64,000 nucleotides of DNA from an uncultured virus (IMG/VR IMGVR_UViG_3300023109_001853) (IMGVR_UViG_3300023109_001853); one strand, 5' to 3'; counted from the first letter of the stretch, positions 1 to 8,949 are shown. Numbers and translations are program-made. Notes: generated from the sequence alone by a model not told the origin.

Positions 1-90
1 GATCACGTTGAACTCTGCGTAACGGAACTCTTTTACTTTGGTGTAGTATGTATTAAACATTGAATGCCCTCTCTTTGTTAACTTATATAC

Positions 91-119
91 AGTATAGCAC
101 CACAATGCTATACTGTCAA
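91..119 (-). promoter_or_regulatory. sigma70-type early promoter
   Basis: Minus strand TTGACA-N17-TATACT with extended TG; drives an ORF starting at 60 that runs off the window. Confidence 0.85.
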
Positions 120-122
120 CCC

Positions 123-260
123 CTAATTTACTTTGTATGCATAGTAATCCTCTATAAACTCTGCACAGTCATCTGCGTTCTCTAGCTCACCAATCGCCTC
201 TAGCTGCGTGTAAGCACGATTAAGAAAGTAGTACGTAATACGATTGAGAATGTTTTGCAT
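123..260 (-). CDS. small early hypothetical protein
   Basis: ATG at 260 after AGAGGGC RBS and its own promoter (294-322). Confidence 0.7.
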   Translation of the reverse strand: MQNILNRITYYFLNRAYTQLEAIGELENADDCAEFIEDYYAYKVN

Positions 261-293
261 TGTTTGCCCTCTATGCATTTTTATTGTGTGTAC

Positions 294-322
294 ACTATAG
301 CACAAGTGCGCTATAGTGTCAA
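294..322 (-). promoter_or_regulatory. sigma70-type early promoter
   Basis: TTGACA-N17-TATAGT. Confidence 0.85.
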
Positions 323-329
323 CCTTTTT

Positions 330-521
330 TTATGCTGCTGTTACACACTCCTGCAGCTCTTCTATTATTGCATCCGCATTTAAAAGCAAGTTATTGTAAT
401 CCATTACTTTTTTTCCGTTTGCGTGTGTAAGTGCTTCCACTTGTTCCAGTATAAAAAATAATGCGCTTGCTTGTTGCAGTGCAGCTATAATTGTGTGTTG
501 TGTGTTTGTTTGTGTTTGCAT
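330..521 (-). CDS. small early hypothetical protein
   Basis: 63 aa ORF, GGAGGGC RBS, own promoter at 558-586. Confidence 0.7.
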   Translation of the reverse strand: MQTQTNTQHTIIAALQQASALFFILEQVEALTHANGKKVMDYNNLLLNADAIIEELQECVTAA

Positions 522-557
522 TTAAAGCCCTCCAAATGCGTGTTTAAGTTATAATTT

Positions 558-586
558 AATATAGCACAAGCAGCGCACTTTGTCAA
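558..586 (-). promoter_or_regulatory. sigma70-type early promoter
   Basis: TTGACA-N17-TATATT. Confidence 0.8.
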
Positions 587-614
587 GTACTAAATGCGCT
601 GCTGTGCAAGTTTT

Positions 615-863
615 TTATAGTGCGTCTAGCGCAGCGTCTATAATATTATGCGCACTTGCGTCACTAGCAAAGCCCTCTTCTTCTGCAAAGTCTATGCTGC
701 TGCTACACATAATAGTGTCTGTAAGCACATTAACGTTGTGTGTTAAAAACACTTCTACAAGTGCGTCTGCAGTTTGCACGTCTGTTGCGACAACTGTGTT
801 GTTAACAGTTACAACAATTGCAGCGTCTGCTGCTGCTAAAAATACGTAGTTTGTGTTTTGCAT
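615..863 (-). CDS. small acidic early hypothetical protein
   Basis: 82 aa ORF, GAGGAG RBS, own promoter at 901-929. Confidence 0.75.
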   Translation of the reverse strand: MQNTNYVFLAAADAAIVVTVNNTVVATDVQTADALVEVFLTHNVNVLTDTIMCSSSIDFAEEEGFASDASAHNIIDAALDAL

Positions 864-900
864 AATGTGCTCCTCATATGCTTGTTTAACTTATACATAC

Positions 901-929
901 AATATAGCACAAGTATGCACAGTTGTAAA
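901..929 (-). promoter_or_regulatory. sigma70-type early promoter
   Basis: TTTACA-N17-TATATT. Confidence 0.7.
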
Positions 930-1016
930 GAGAAAAATGCACTGCTAACCTATTGAAAACATTGACAAATCAATCTTTTATTTGTGTTTAAAAACAATGA
1001 CTTAGCCGAAAGAACT

Positions 1017-1214
1017 CTAACGAGCAGAGAAAGTCACACGCTGCTCTCTGTACATTTCTTTTAGCATGCTGAGATGCTGCTTTACGTATTCGTCAAACGT
1101 GTAGGGCTGCTGCTGACCAACAGCAAAGTACTCGTCACGGTTAGCATAGTACTGATTGGTGACAAATGCTCTAAACCGTCGGGGCCTATTGGTGAATGTG
1201 TGTGAATGGCTCAT
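1017..1214 (-). CDS. hypothetical protein
   Basis: ATG at 1214 preceded by GGTGGAG. Confidence 0.6.
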   Translation of the reverse strand: MSHSHTFTNRPRRFRAFVTNQYYANRDEYFAVGQQQPYTFDEYVKQHLSMLKEMYREQRVTFSAR

Positions 1215-1289
1215 TTGTTCTCCACCTTGTTCTCTTTTACACAGGCGTAACGCATGGTCACGCATCCATAGCACGTACACTGTTCCATT

Positions 1290-1631
1290 CTACATACTCC
1301 AATAAGATTCGCTTGCGGGGCTTAGGTAGCCAGGTGTGTTTACAGTTTCTGTGATCGGACGTTCTTTTGCCTCGTCCATGATGCTGTATACTGTACGCTT
1401 CTTTTCGATAAACGTATGAAACATTTCCGCTTCTGCAATACCATAACGGTATAGCGGATCATTCACGCTGTCCAACATGTCTGCTCTGTGTCGTTTGCTC
1501 ATACGTGTCAGCGCCGCCTTAGCTGCACCCATTGTCTTGTAGAATTTGTTATGGTCTGGACGAACGGTACCGTCCCACTTGTTGATCCCACCCATAATGT
1601 ATGTTGATGAACGTTCGTAGATATAAAACAT
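1290..1631 (-). CDS. early hypothetical protein
   Basis: ATG at 1631 with AGAGGGC RBS; promoter at 1662-1689. Confidence 0.75.
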   Translation of the reverse strand: MFYIYERSSTYIMGGINKWDGTVRPDHNKFYKTMGAAKAALTRMSKRHRADMLDSVNDPLYRYGIAEAEMFHTFIEKKRTVYSIMDEAKERPITETVNTPGYLSPASESYWSM

Positions 1632-1661
1632 TGTATGCCCTCTTTGTTTAACTATACATAC

Positions 1662-1689
1662 AGTATAGCATCTATTGCACACTTGTCAA
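1662..1689 (-). promoter_or_regulatory. sigma70-type early promoter
   Basis: TTGACA-N16-TATACT, same leader as the 91-119 promoter. Confidence 0.75.
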
Positions 1690-1699
1690 CCATTTTTTT

Positions 1700-2750
1700 G
1701 CAGCACCAGCTTCTCCGCCAGACCGAGCAGCGGGGCCTATTAGTGTGTCGAATGAACCTGCCCCTCTAACCTCTTGATAGTATAGAGGTTCTCTACCAAA
1801 GGCACCAAATGACGAACAACTTCCCTCAGAGGGATACACTATACACAAACTCCTTGTTCTAAGCCATTGATGTATATACACTATACAAAAACTCAATACT
1901 ATCAAAAGGTTACACTGTATACTATACACTATAACTCTATAGTAGCGCAGCGTAAGACTATACACTATACACTATAATAGAAAAGGCTAAGTCATTGATA
2001 TCATTGGACATTCACTGTTGTATAGTGTATAGTCGAGTGTACACATGGAGTACAGTCTAAGAACCGGTTCAGAACCGTACACAGACAATGATCCACCACT
2101 GGTGTGTGCGTATAGTGTATACACACACGTATATACATGACCAAGCAGCGGGGCCTATTGTGATCTACACTGTGAGAGACCGTGAATCTACTGTGAAAAC
2201 CACAATAGGAATGGTGAATATGGTGGACTATGGTCTAGAATAGTGCGAAATATTGGTGATTCGGTGTGAATAAACCATTGATTTCTTTACACTTTGGTGT
2301 ACAATAATAGCAGGTTTTTATACACCATCTCGCGGTGACGAGAGGCATAGTTCAAATACTTTTCGTACATTTATCTACCCTTTGTGTACGTGCAAAAACC
2401 CAGCATAATCCTACACCACAGCAGCGGGGCCTATACTATACACTATACTATACACTGTGCTCTACACTTGCTGCTACTCTCTTTATAGTGTGTAGTGTGC
2501 GCTCATCGAGCGTGTTCTTGTATAGTGTATTCTCTATAGTGTCTATAGTGCGTAGTTCGAGTATGGTTATTATAGTGTATAGTTCTAGTTTACACACGCA
2601 CGTATGTGTATGATCAAGCAGCGGGGCCTTTCTGCTTTAACAGTTGTTCGTAATAGTGTAAGTGTTGATCTATACGTATACGTTCATGATAGTCGTGTGT
2701 AGTACGTAATCTTTTTGTATAGTATTGTATACGACTGAGTATAGTTTTTT
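1700..2750. repeat. non-coding repeat-rich tract (candidate origin or genome end)
   Basis: Four AGCAGCGGGGCCT copies (1726, 2144, 2420, 2617), arrays of CACTATA/TATAGTG, IHF-consensus sites, no credible ORF. Confidence 0.75.
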
Positions 2751-2753
2751 TAG

Positions 2754-3854
2754 TCATAGGTTTGCTAGTATAGTGTATAGTTCAGGGAATGTACTAGCAA
2801 ATGTTTCGTTGCGTATACTGTCTAACTGTTGTGTTAGTTCTACGAAGCGTTTATAGCTGCGTGTGTTAGCTGTAGAGCCTAGCATATAGTTGCGTATACT
2901 GTCATCTATTATGTGTGTGCCTATTTCGTCTTTGCAGTGCTCAGGAATGTTTTTTATGCTGTAGTGTTCAGGTCCATGCAGTAGATTCCAGTAGGGTTTT
3001 ATGTTGTACTTGCATGCCCAGTCCGCAAACTCTTGCATGTATAGTACATTAAACTTGTTTACAGTATAGCACAGTGTGGTGTGTGTGACGTTCTCGTTGT
3101 ATATAGTTTCAAATGTTTGCTGTGCAGTAGCCCATTTCGCGGGGTGACGTTGGTATTCAAACTTTGAATCTATGCCGTCGAATGAGAACATAGTTTCTAC
3201 CCATTTAAACTCACGCCATAGGTTGCGTTGTGCTGTGGTGGGCAACACAGTTCCGTTGGTGTTGTAGTGTACGCTTATATTTTTGCTGTAGTTGTTGTCC
3301 ACAAGGTATTTGAGCAGTTGCCAGTGAGGTTTAACTAGGAATGGTTCGCCGCCTGTGAAGTCTATGAACTCTATACTAGGTGCTATATCTTTTAGATTGT
3401 CCCAAAATTCACTGTCATCATCTAGCCAGTTCAGCTTGGTGGGGAAGCGAGGTGCACCGTATATCTGTGTTTCGTCTTGTGCCCACTTTTGGCTGTATTC
3501 TGTTGAGCAGATTCTACACTTGATGTTGCAGATGCTGCCCAGTTTGAGATCCAAGTACACGGGTGCATCCAGTGTGGTCAAGGGTTCATGGTGTGCAAAA
3601 CGACGATTGTCGTTGATGCGCTTTGATGTGTAGCCGGCTGCTTCAGCACGCCAACAGTTTTCACAGCCCTGAGGTTGTACACCCGCACGGAAACTGTTGC
3701 GCAACTGCTGCATGCTATCTCCGTGCCATATTTCATCTAGACTTTGTGTGTTGAAGTTGCCCACTGCAGGCCCTTCCCACATACAACAAGGACGAGCTTC
3801 GCCCACAGTTGTTGTTTCTAGATGTATAAACGGTAGTATACAGGGTGTGCTCAT
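2754..3854 (-). CDS. radical SAM protein with N-terminal SPASM/twitch-like Cys domain
   Basis: CNIKCRIC motif, FTGGEP, YNTNGT; N-terminal C..PCC..CENC. Confidence 0.9.
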   Translation of the reverse strand: MSTPCILPFIHLETTTVGEARPCCMWEGPAVGNFNTQSLDEIWHGDSMQQLRNSFRAGVQPQGCENCWRAEAAGYTSKRINDNRRFAHHEPLTTLDAPVYLDLKLGSICNIKCRICSTEYSQKWAQDETQIYGAPRFPTKLNWLDDDSEFWDNLKDIAPSIEFIDFTGGEPFLVKPHWQLLKYLVDNNYSKNISVHYNTNGTVLPTTAQRNLWREFKWVETMFSFDGIDSKFEYQRHPAKWATAQQTFETIYNENVTHTTLCYTVNKFNVLYMQEFADWACKYNIKPYWNLLHGPEHYSIKNIPEHCKDEIGTHIIDDSIRNYMLGSTANTRSYKRFVELTQQLDSIRNETFASTFPELYTILANL

Positions 3855-4450
3855 TTAAAATACTCCTCGGCTATTCGTTGATGTGCAGTTGCGTTTACAT
3901 GATAGTAACTGTCTGCATAGTATCCTTCTCCCAGCCAATCCAACACGCTAGCACTGGGCAGTAGGGGTTCTAGGCTAGGATGTATAGGTATAGTATAGCG
4001 TGGCAACCAATCGTAAAACTCAATTGCACATGCATGCGAGTGTGCGTATGCTCTAAGTTCAACTATGCGTTGTGCTAGATTTTCTGTGCGCCAGTTGCTC
4101 ATAACATGATGCTCGTATATCCATTTGATATGATTGCTGTCTTGAACATAGTCTGCTATAGTGTAGTGATCAAAGTCATTTTTGTCAGTCCAAGGTCTAT
4201 TTTGTGCAAAGTTGTGGGTGTTACTGGTATTAAGAGTTATCCTGTCCCATGATGTTATTTGGAAAAGAATGTGTGTAGCGCCTTGATCCACAGCACGGTG
4301 CGCACACCATAGACTGTATTCAATGTCTGTGCCAGGCTTAGCCCAGTTAGCATATCCCATAAGTTCAGGGTATGCTTGTTCAGGTTCTACTCCTACTGCT
4401 GATGTATAAGAACACCCTACAGCTACTTGTTTACAGTTTGTTTGCATCAC
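3851..4450 (-). CDS. SGNH/GDSL-like hydrolase family protein
   Basis: AVGCSYT block I, NWAKPG block II, DSYYH near C-terminus. Confidence 0.6.
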   Translation of the reverse strand: MMQTNCKQVAVGCSYTSAVGVEPEQAYPELMGYANWAKPGTDIEYSLWCAHRAVDQGATHILFQITSWDRITLNTSNTHNFAQNRPWTDKNDFDHYTIADYVQDSNHIKWIYEHHVMSNWRTENLAQRIVELRAYAHSHACAIEFYDWLPRYTIPIHPSLEPLLPSASVLDWLGEGYYADSYYHVNATAHQRIAEEYFK

Positions 4451-4580
4451 ATATTTACATGTGATCTAGAGGCGACCGAGCCAATGTGAACAGTCGTCAC
4501 ACGGATCGTCACACCATTGAAATTTAAAATATTCTTCGTCGAACAAAGTCATAGTGTACTTATCTAAGAAGTGTTGATTT

Positions 4581-4856
4581 TTACTCTAAAACTTCCTGCC
4601 ATTCAACATCGTCGATGTCCCAACAGTCATCCCAACTTACTATAAAACTTAGTCTACTATCGGTATCTTCTAGCTCTACTAAACGTTGTTCTAGATCACG
4701 TTTTTTAATTACACCTAGTCCTTCGTATTTGCCTGCACGATTAGGATCGGCGCCTGTTATTGGACTTGCAGGACTTCCACTCTCATCGAGAACAGTTGTT
4801 ACACGAAAGCGACATGCATAACTTTTGCCTGTTTCTATTTCGGTCATTTCGTACAT
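4581..4856 (-). CDS. hypothetical protein
   Basis: 91 aa ORF with GGAG RBS. Confidence 0.65.
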   Translation of the reverse strand: MYEMTEIETGKSYACRFRVTTVLDESGSPASPITGADPNRAGKYEGLGVIKKRDLEQRLVELEDTDSRLSFIVSWDDCWDIDDVEWQEVLE

Positions 4857-4859
4857 TTA

Positions 4860-5501
4860 TTATTTCTCCATTTTAGTATCTAGTTTTTCAAATAATTTGC
4901 GACAGGCACTCATTAATCCTGTTTGTTTACTTACATTTACTTTCACAAACTTCTTTGCTTTTCTGTTTACATAGTGACGGGTTCCATTATGTAGTATTAA
5001 GATTCCGCCCCAGTTTTTTAAATTCTCGTGTGCCCACTGTTCGGGCATGTCTAACCAATGGTTCCCAGTAGGAGCATAACCTCCGTGACTCCATTCGAAA
5101 AGTTCTTGGTTAATGTAAAAATCATCTTTTCCGTTATAGTCGAACTGTTTTTGATCAAGATATGTTACATTGCGGATACCTTCTAGTCTATGATTCCATT
5201 CAATGCCAATACTTAATATACGAGAAGGTAACCAAGGATTATCACCTCTAATACTTCTACCAATCCATCTATTAGTGCCAGGATGCAATTCAACATCGCC
5301 GTCTTGATATTGTGTTATTGTTAGAGGATCGTTGATCTCATTCTTATAAAAGTAAAACCACATAGGTAAACAATCAATGTAGCCTCGGCGAGGAACTCTA
5401 CGGGTTAACATTTTTTCCATATGTAACTCGTTTGATTGCCTAAATGCTAGGTGTGGTATGCTAACTTGTAATTCGCAAGAGTATTGATATATAGTCTTCA
5501 T
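4860..5501 (-). CDS. hypothetical protein
   Basis: 213 aa ORF just downstream of a TTGACA promoter (5532-5537). Confidence 0.7.
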   Translation of the reverse strand: MKTIYQYSCELQVSIPHLAFRQSNELHMEKMLTRRVPRRGYIDCLPMWFYFYKNEINDPLTITQYQDGDVELHPGTNRWIGRSIRGDNPWLPSRILSIGIEWNHRLEGIRNVTYLDQKQFDYNGKDDFYINQELFEWSHGGYAPTGNHWLDMPEQWAHENLKNWGGILILHNGTRHYVNRKAKKFVKVNVSKQTGLMSACRKLFEKLDTKMEK

Positions 5502-5584
5502 TTATACAGTATATAGCCTTTTAGTTTTATTGTCAACTGTAAAATTAGTCATAAATATCTGTATCAAAAAGAGGAGTTTCCCTA

Positions 5585-5809
5585 ATGAGCAAGAGTACAC
5601 TAAAACATATTAGCCTAAATTTAGAACTAGGTCAAACTATATTAGTCGGACCTAACAAGAAGCCTGCAGAAATTACTAAAATTGAATTCCATGAAAAAAG
5701 TGGGGAAATAACTCTAAACACTACAGAAGGTCCTAGAAAAGCACTTACATTTGCATTATGCGAGCAGGATGACGAAGACTACGAAAATCCTGCTGACCGT
5801 TATCGATAA
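5585..5809 (+). CDS. hypothetical late protein
   Basis: TAAATA promoter at 5552 and GAGGAG RBS. Confidence 0.75.
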   Translation: MSKSTLKHISLNLELGQTILVGPNKKPAEITKIEFHEKSGEITLNTTEGPRKALTFALCEQDDEDYENPADRYR

Positions 5810-5822
5810 GATAAATATTATC

Positions 5823-6068
5823 ATGAGAGTAGATGAAGTATTAACAGATGACGAACAACTAGACGATTGGCGTGCTAGTAAGGAATTGTGCTTAGGCGAT
5901 AAGCCTGACAGTGCTATTGGTGCCAGTGCTCTTTCCAGTTGTAAAAGCCAAGGTTATCGAAACCGTAAAGGAAACAAGAGTCACAAAATCGGTAAGCGTC
6001 GAGTTAAAGTTGGCGGCAAAAAGATTCGTGGCAAAAAATACGGCGGCCCATTGCCGGATTGGAGTTAA
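5823..6068 (+). CDS. small basic late protein
   Basis: ATG 5 nt after TAAATA; K/R/G-rich C-terminus. Confidence 0.7.
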   Translation: MRVDEVLTDDEQLDDWRASKELCLGDKPDSAIGASALSSCKSQGYRNRKGNKSHKIGKRRVKVGGKKIRGKKYGGPLPDWS

Positions 6069-6069
6069 T

Positions 6070-7818
6070 GTGAGATATACAGACTTTAAAATTGTAGAAA
6101 CTAGAGTAAAAGAACAGAATGCAGGTGATCTAGCAACACTTCGTGATCAGCCACTAGATGGCAGAGGTAGAGATTTACCTATACCTGTAGCGATTGCAGA
6201 TCCTGTGCTACGCCTAGCACCAAGCCTAAGACAGTTTGTTATATATGACTCTAAATACGGAATTGTAGGTATAAAAACAGTTAATGGCAATACTATTAGA
6301 GATTTACAGACAAAGTTAAACCAAACAGGAAATTATAATTTATCAGTTGACGGTAACGTAGGAAATAATACACAAGCCGCAATAATAGATATCTTTTACA
6401 CAATAGCGGCCACAAATGGCATTGGTGAAAGTTCAATAAAAGAGAATCAATTTAATGATATTGTAGCCGCGACAGGCAAAGTGTATGTTATAGGTGACAG
6501 CCATGCTAAAGCAATGGGTGGAACAAACAACCTAGCATCTGATGGAGCAAACCTTGATGCCATTGCTACACAAGCAAGTAGAGTTCCACGCGGTGCTACT
6601 GTTTATATGACAGGCGGACATAACGATGTTGCTGCCGGCGAGAATCCAGGCGGGATTGCTGGACTTGTGAAAAGTATTATTACAAGTTTAGAAAACAAAG
6701 GATGCACAGTTAACTACATTCTATTCCCAGAAGGAACTGACAACACTAATCAAAATCAAATGGGTCCTACTAGACAGGCTATAACAACAGCCGTTACAGT
6801 AGGTAAAGACCTAGAAGGTTGTAGTCTGAGTGATGGGAAACATTGCCAAATGTCGTCATATAGAGGTATTGTAACCGGAAGCGCCCCAACCAACACTCCA
6901 ACCAACACTCCAACCAACACTCCAGCTGTCGACAGAGACAAGCAGGATAGAGATAATACTATGAATGATATGGAAGGCGGCTTAGAAGCAGGCCCTCCTT
7001 ATCCACAAGAGCAAGTAGACGCAGTTAAAGCGTTGCAAACAGAACTACAAAGATTAGGTTACTCAGTAGGCTCAACAGGTATTGACGGTAAGTATGGTCC
7101 AAGAACAAGTAGAGCAGTAAGAGCCTACCAGAGAGACTTTGGCCAAGCAACACCTGCTAATGCAAACTATGATGGCGGCGCAATCACAGCTGATGCTATT
7201 GAAGCACTAAAAGCAGCAAGCCCAGTTGATGAACCAACTCCAACAGGTAACGAGCGCGGCGGCTCATCTTTTAATATTGATCCTGCATCGTTAGCAGCAT
7301 TAGACTTTGGCGGACCTGAGAATGAACAAGCCCGCGAAATAGCATCAGAGTATTTAGGTAGAGAAATAAACGATCAAGATTGGGATCAGCTCATTAGAGC
7401 AACCTGGGCAGAAAGCACTGACAATCCACGCGAGCTTGCCGCAGTTATGGGTGTTATTCTAAACAGAGTTAGAACTAATTACAGCAACTATGGTTCTAGT
7501 ATTAGAGCACAACTAGAGGCGGATTTTCAATTCCAGGCAGTAACAGGAACAAAAACAGGCCCAAGAGACCCACAAACTGGTGAAAGAACTTGGACAGGCC
7601 CTGCTCCTAGATATAAAAATCCAAACGAAGGTAATGGTGTGCAACGCACAGCACAAGCAGTTATAAACCACCTAGCAAATGCTAACAGAAGTTGGATGAA
7701 CTTCACAGCAAACGATCTTGCAGCTTATGGCGCTGGAACTAATCCAGATTTTAGGAATGATGTTACAGACGCACCCGGTTCGCAAGTTATAGGTGGAACA
7801 GTATTTGGAACAGTGTAA
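6070..7818 (+). CDS. multidomain peptidoglycan hydrolase: PG-binding, SGNH esterase, PG-binding, SleB-type hydrolase
   Basis: GTG at 6070 after GGAG; VDGNVGNNT and IDGKYGPRT PG-binding motifs; GDSH..GGHND..DGKH; WAES..VILNRV..QFQAV. Confidence 0.8.
   Translation: MRYTDFKIVETRVKEQNAGDLATLRDQPLDGRGRDLPIPVAIADPVLRLAPSLRQFVIYDSKYGIVGIKTVNGNTIRDLQTKLNQTGNYNLSVDGNVGNNTQAAIIDIFYTIAATNGIGESSIKENQFNDIVAATGKVYVIGDSHAKAMGGTNNLASDGANLDAIATQASRVPRGATVYMTGGHNDVAAGENPGGIAGLVKSIITSLENKGCTVNYILFPEGTDNTNQNQMGPTRQAITTAVTVGKDLEGCSLSDGKHCQMSSYRGIVTGSAPTNTPTNTPTNTPAVDRDKQDRDNTMNDMEGGLEAGPPYPQEQVDAVKALQTELQRLGYSVGSTGIDGKYGPRTSRAVRAYQRDFGQATPANANYDGGAITADAIEALKAASPVDEPTPTGNERGGSSFNIDPASLAALDFGGPENEQAREIASEYLGREINDQDWDQLIRATWAESTDNPRELAAVMGVILNRVRTNYSNYGSSIRAQLEADFQFQAVTGTKTGPRDPQTGERTWTGPAPRYKNPNEGNGVQRTAQAVINHLANANRSWMNFTANDLAAYGAGTNPDFRNDVTDAPGSQVIGGTVFGTV
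6886..6924 (+). repeat. 12-bp tandem repeat x3 encoding a PTNT linker
   Basis: CCAACCAACACT x3. Confidence 0.95.
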
Positions 7819-8369
7819 TGAGCAGAGTTGGAAAACTTTTAATTGCACATCCTAACTTACATGTTGATAATCCTTTCTACAAAAGTGTAGTTTATGTTTT
7901 AGAAGACGGAGCTTCTGGAACTCGAGGTTTAATCCTTAATAAACCTAGTGAGTTTAGTGTACAGCAATTCTTTGTATCTAAGGGCTTAGATTTTCCATAT
8001 ACAAAAGAAACATTGCGTTTTGGAGGACCCGTTAAGAGTAATCTTATCGTAATGTTGCATTCTGACAACTGGTATTCTAGTTCTACTGATTATATTCGAA
8101 ACAACACGGCAGTAAGTTGTGACGATCTTATGATGGAAAAAATGGCAATGGGAGATTTACCTAACGACTTTAGAATGTTTATGGGCGTAAGCGCCTGGGG
8201 CCCAGGACAACTAGACATGGAACTAGAAGGAAAATATCCATACACTTCAGAAAATAGCTGGCTCATTGCTCAAGCAGATAGTGATATTATATTCAACAGT
8301 GATTCACAAAGACAGTGGGAAAAGTCATTGGAACGCAGTAGCCAAGAATTAATTAATTTTTATTTTTAA
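7818..8369 (+). CDS. YqgE/AlgH (DUF179) family protein
   Basis: GKLLIAHP..F..SVVY..GLILNKP..GGPV..G.SAWGPGQL..E..NSW. Confidence 0.9.
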   Translation: MSRVGKLLIAHPNLHVDNPFYKSVVYVLEDGASGTRGLILNKPSEFSVQQFFVSKGLDFPYTKETLRFGGPVKSNLIVMLHSDNWYSSSTDYIRNNTAVSCDDLMMEKMAMGDLPNDFRMFMGVSAWGPGQLDMELEGKYPYTSENSWLIAQADSDIIFNSDSQRQWEKSLERSSQELINFYF

Positions 8370-8400
8370 GTGTAAATATAGTTAAAGAGAGGAATACATA

Positions 8401-8721
8401 ATGAAATGGTTAGTAACAGCCGTTTTGTGCGTACTAACCATTCCAGCATATGCACAAGATTCTAGGAAGATTTTCGTAGTCAGTCAACCATGTGGACCTG
8501 CGGCTGGGATGGCAAATACAATAATAAACAACCACAACGAACAGCCTTTGTTTATAGCAAAAGGCAACCAGTTGAGCTCAACTGACTCAAAGTGGTATTC
8601 TAGTAGTATGATGTATTTCGTAAATCAAGACAGTGGCACTTGGACTTTAGTGAGTTTGTATGCAGATGGCGTAAGTTGCATAGTTGCATCTGGCACTGGC
8701 TTCGAACCATATATAGATTGA
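8401..8721 (+). CDS. secreted hypothetical protein
   Basis: Signal peptide (AYA), TAAATA promoter and GAGGA RBS. Confidence 0.75.
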   Translation: MKWLVTAVLCVLTIPAYAQDSRKIFVVSQPCGPAAGMANTIINNHNEQPLFIAKGNQLSSTDSKWYSSSMMYFVNQDSGTWTLVSLYADGVSCIVASGTGFEPYID

Positions 8722-8725
8722 CAAC

Positions 8726-8920
8726 ATGTGGATTTTAGTATATATTGTAATAGAAGCTGGTGAAGTGTTTAGCACTCATGTAGACTTGCCATTTTTAGAC
8801 ATGACTGAATGCTTTGAAGCAAGAGGTATGTTAAGCCAGCAAGTGGGCAAAGGAAACGGTTATTTTTTACCTGGAAGCCAGGCAATTTGTGTTTACACTG
8901 GTGACGACGAAGCTACATAA
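8726..8920 (+). CDS. hypothetical protein
   Basis: 64 aa ORF in operon, two Cys. Confidence 0.6.
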   Translation: MWILVYIVIEAGEVFSTHVDLPFLDMTECFEARGMLSQQVGKGNGYFLPGSQAICVYTGDDEAT

Positions 8921-8949
8921 ATATTAATACAACAAAAGGAACGACACTA

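Noticed and set aside
1672..2613. ORFs 1672-1965 (-) and 2335-2613 (+)
   Set aside because: Translations of low-complexity TATAGTG repeats with no RBS.
1726..2629. CRISPR array from the AGCAGCGGGGCCT repeats
   Set aside because: Repeats are only 13-16 bp, spacing is 197-418 bp and irregular, and no cas genes are present.
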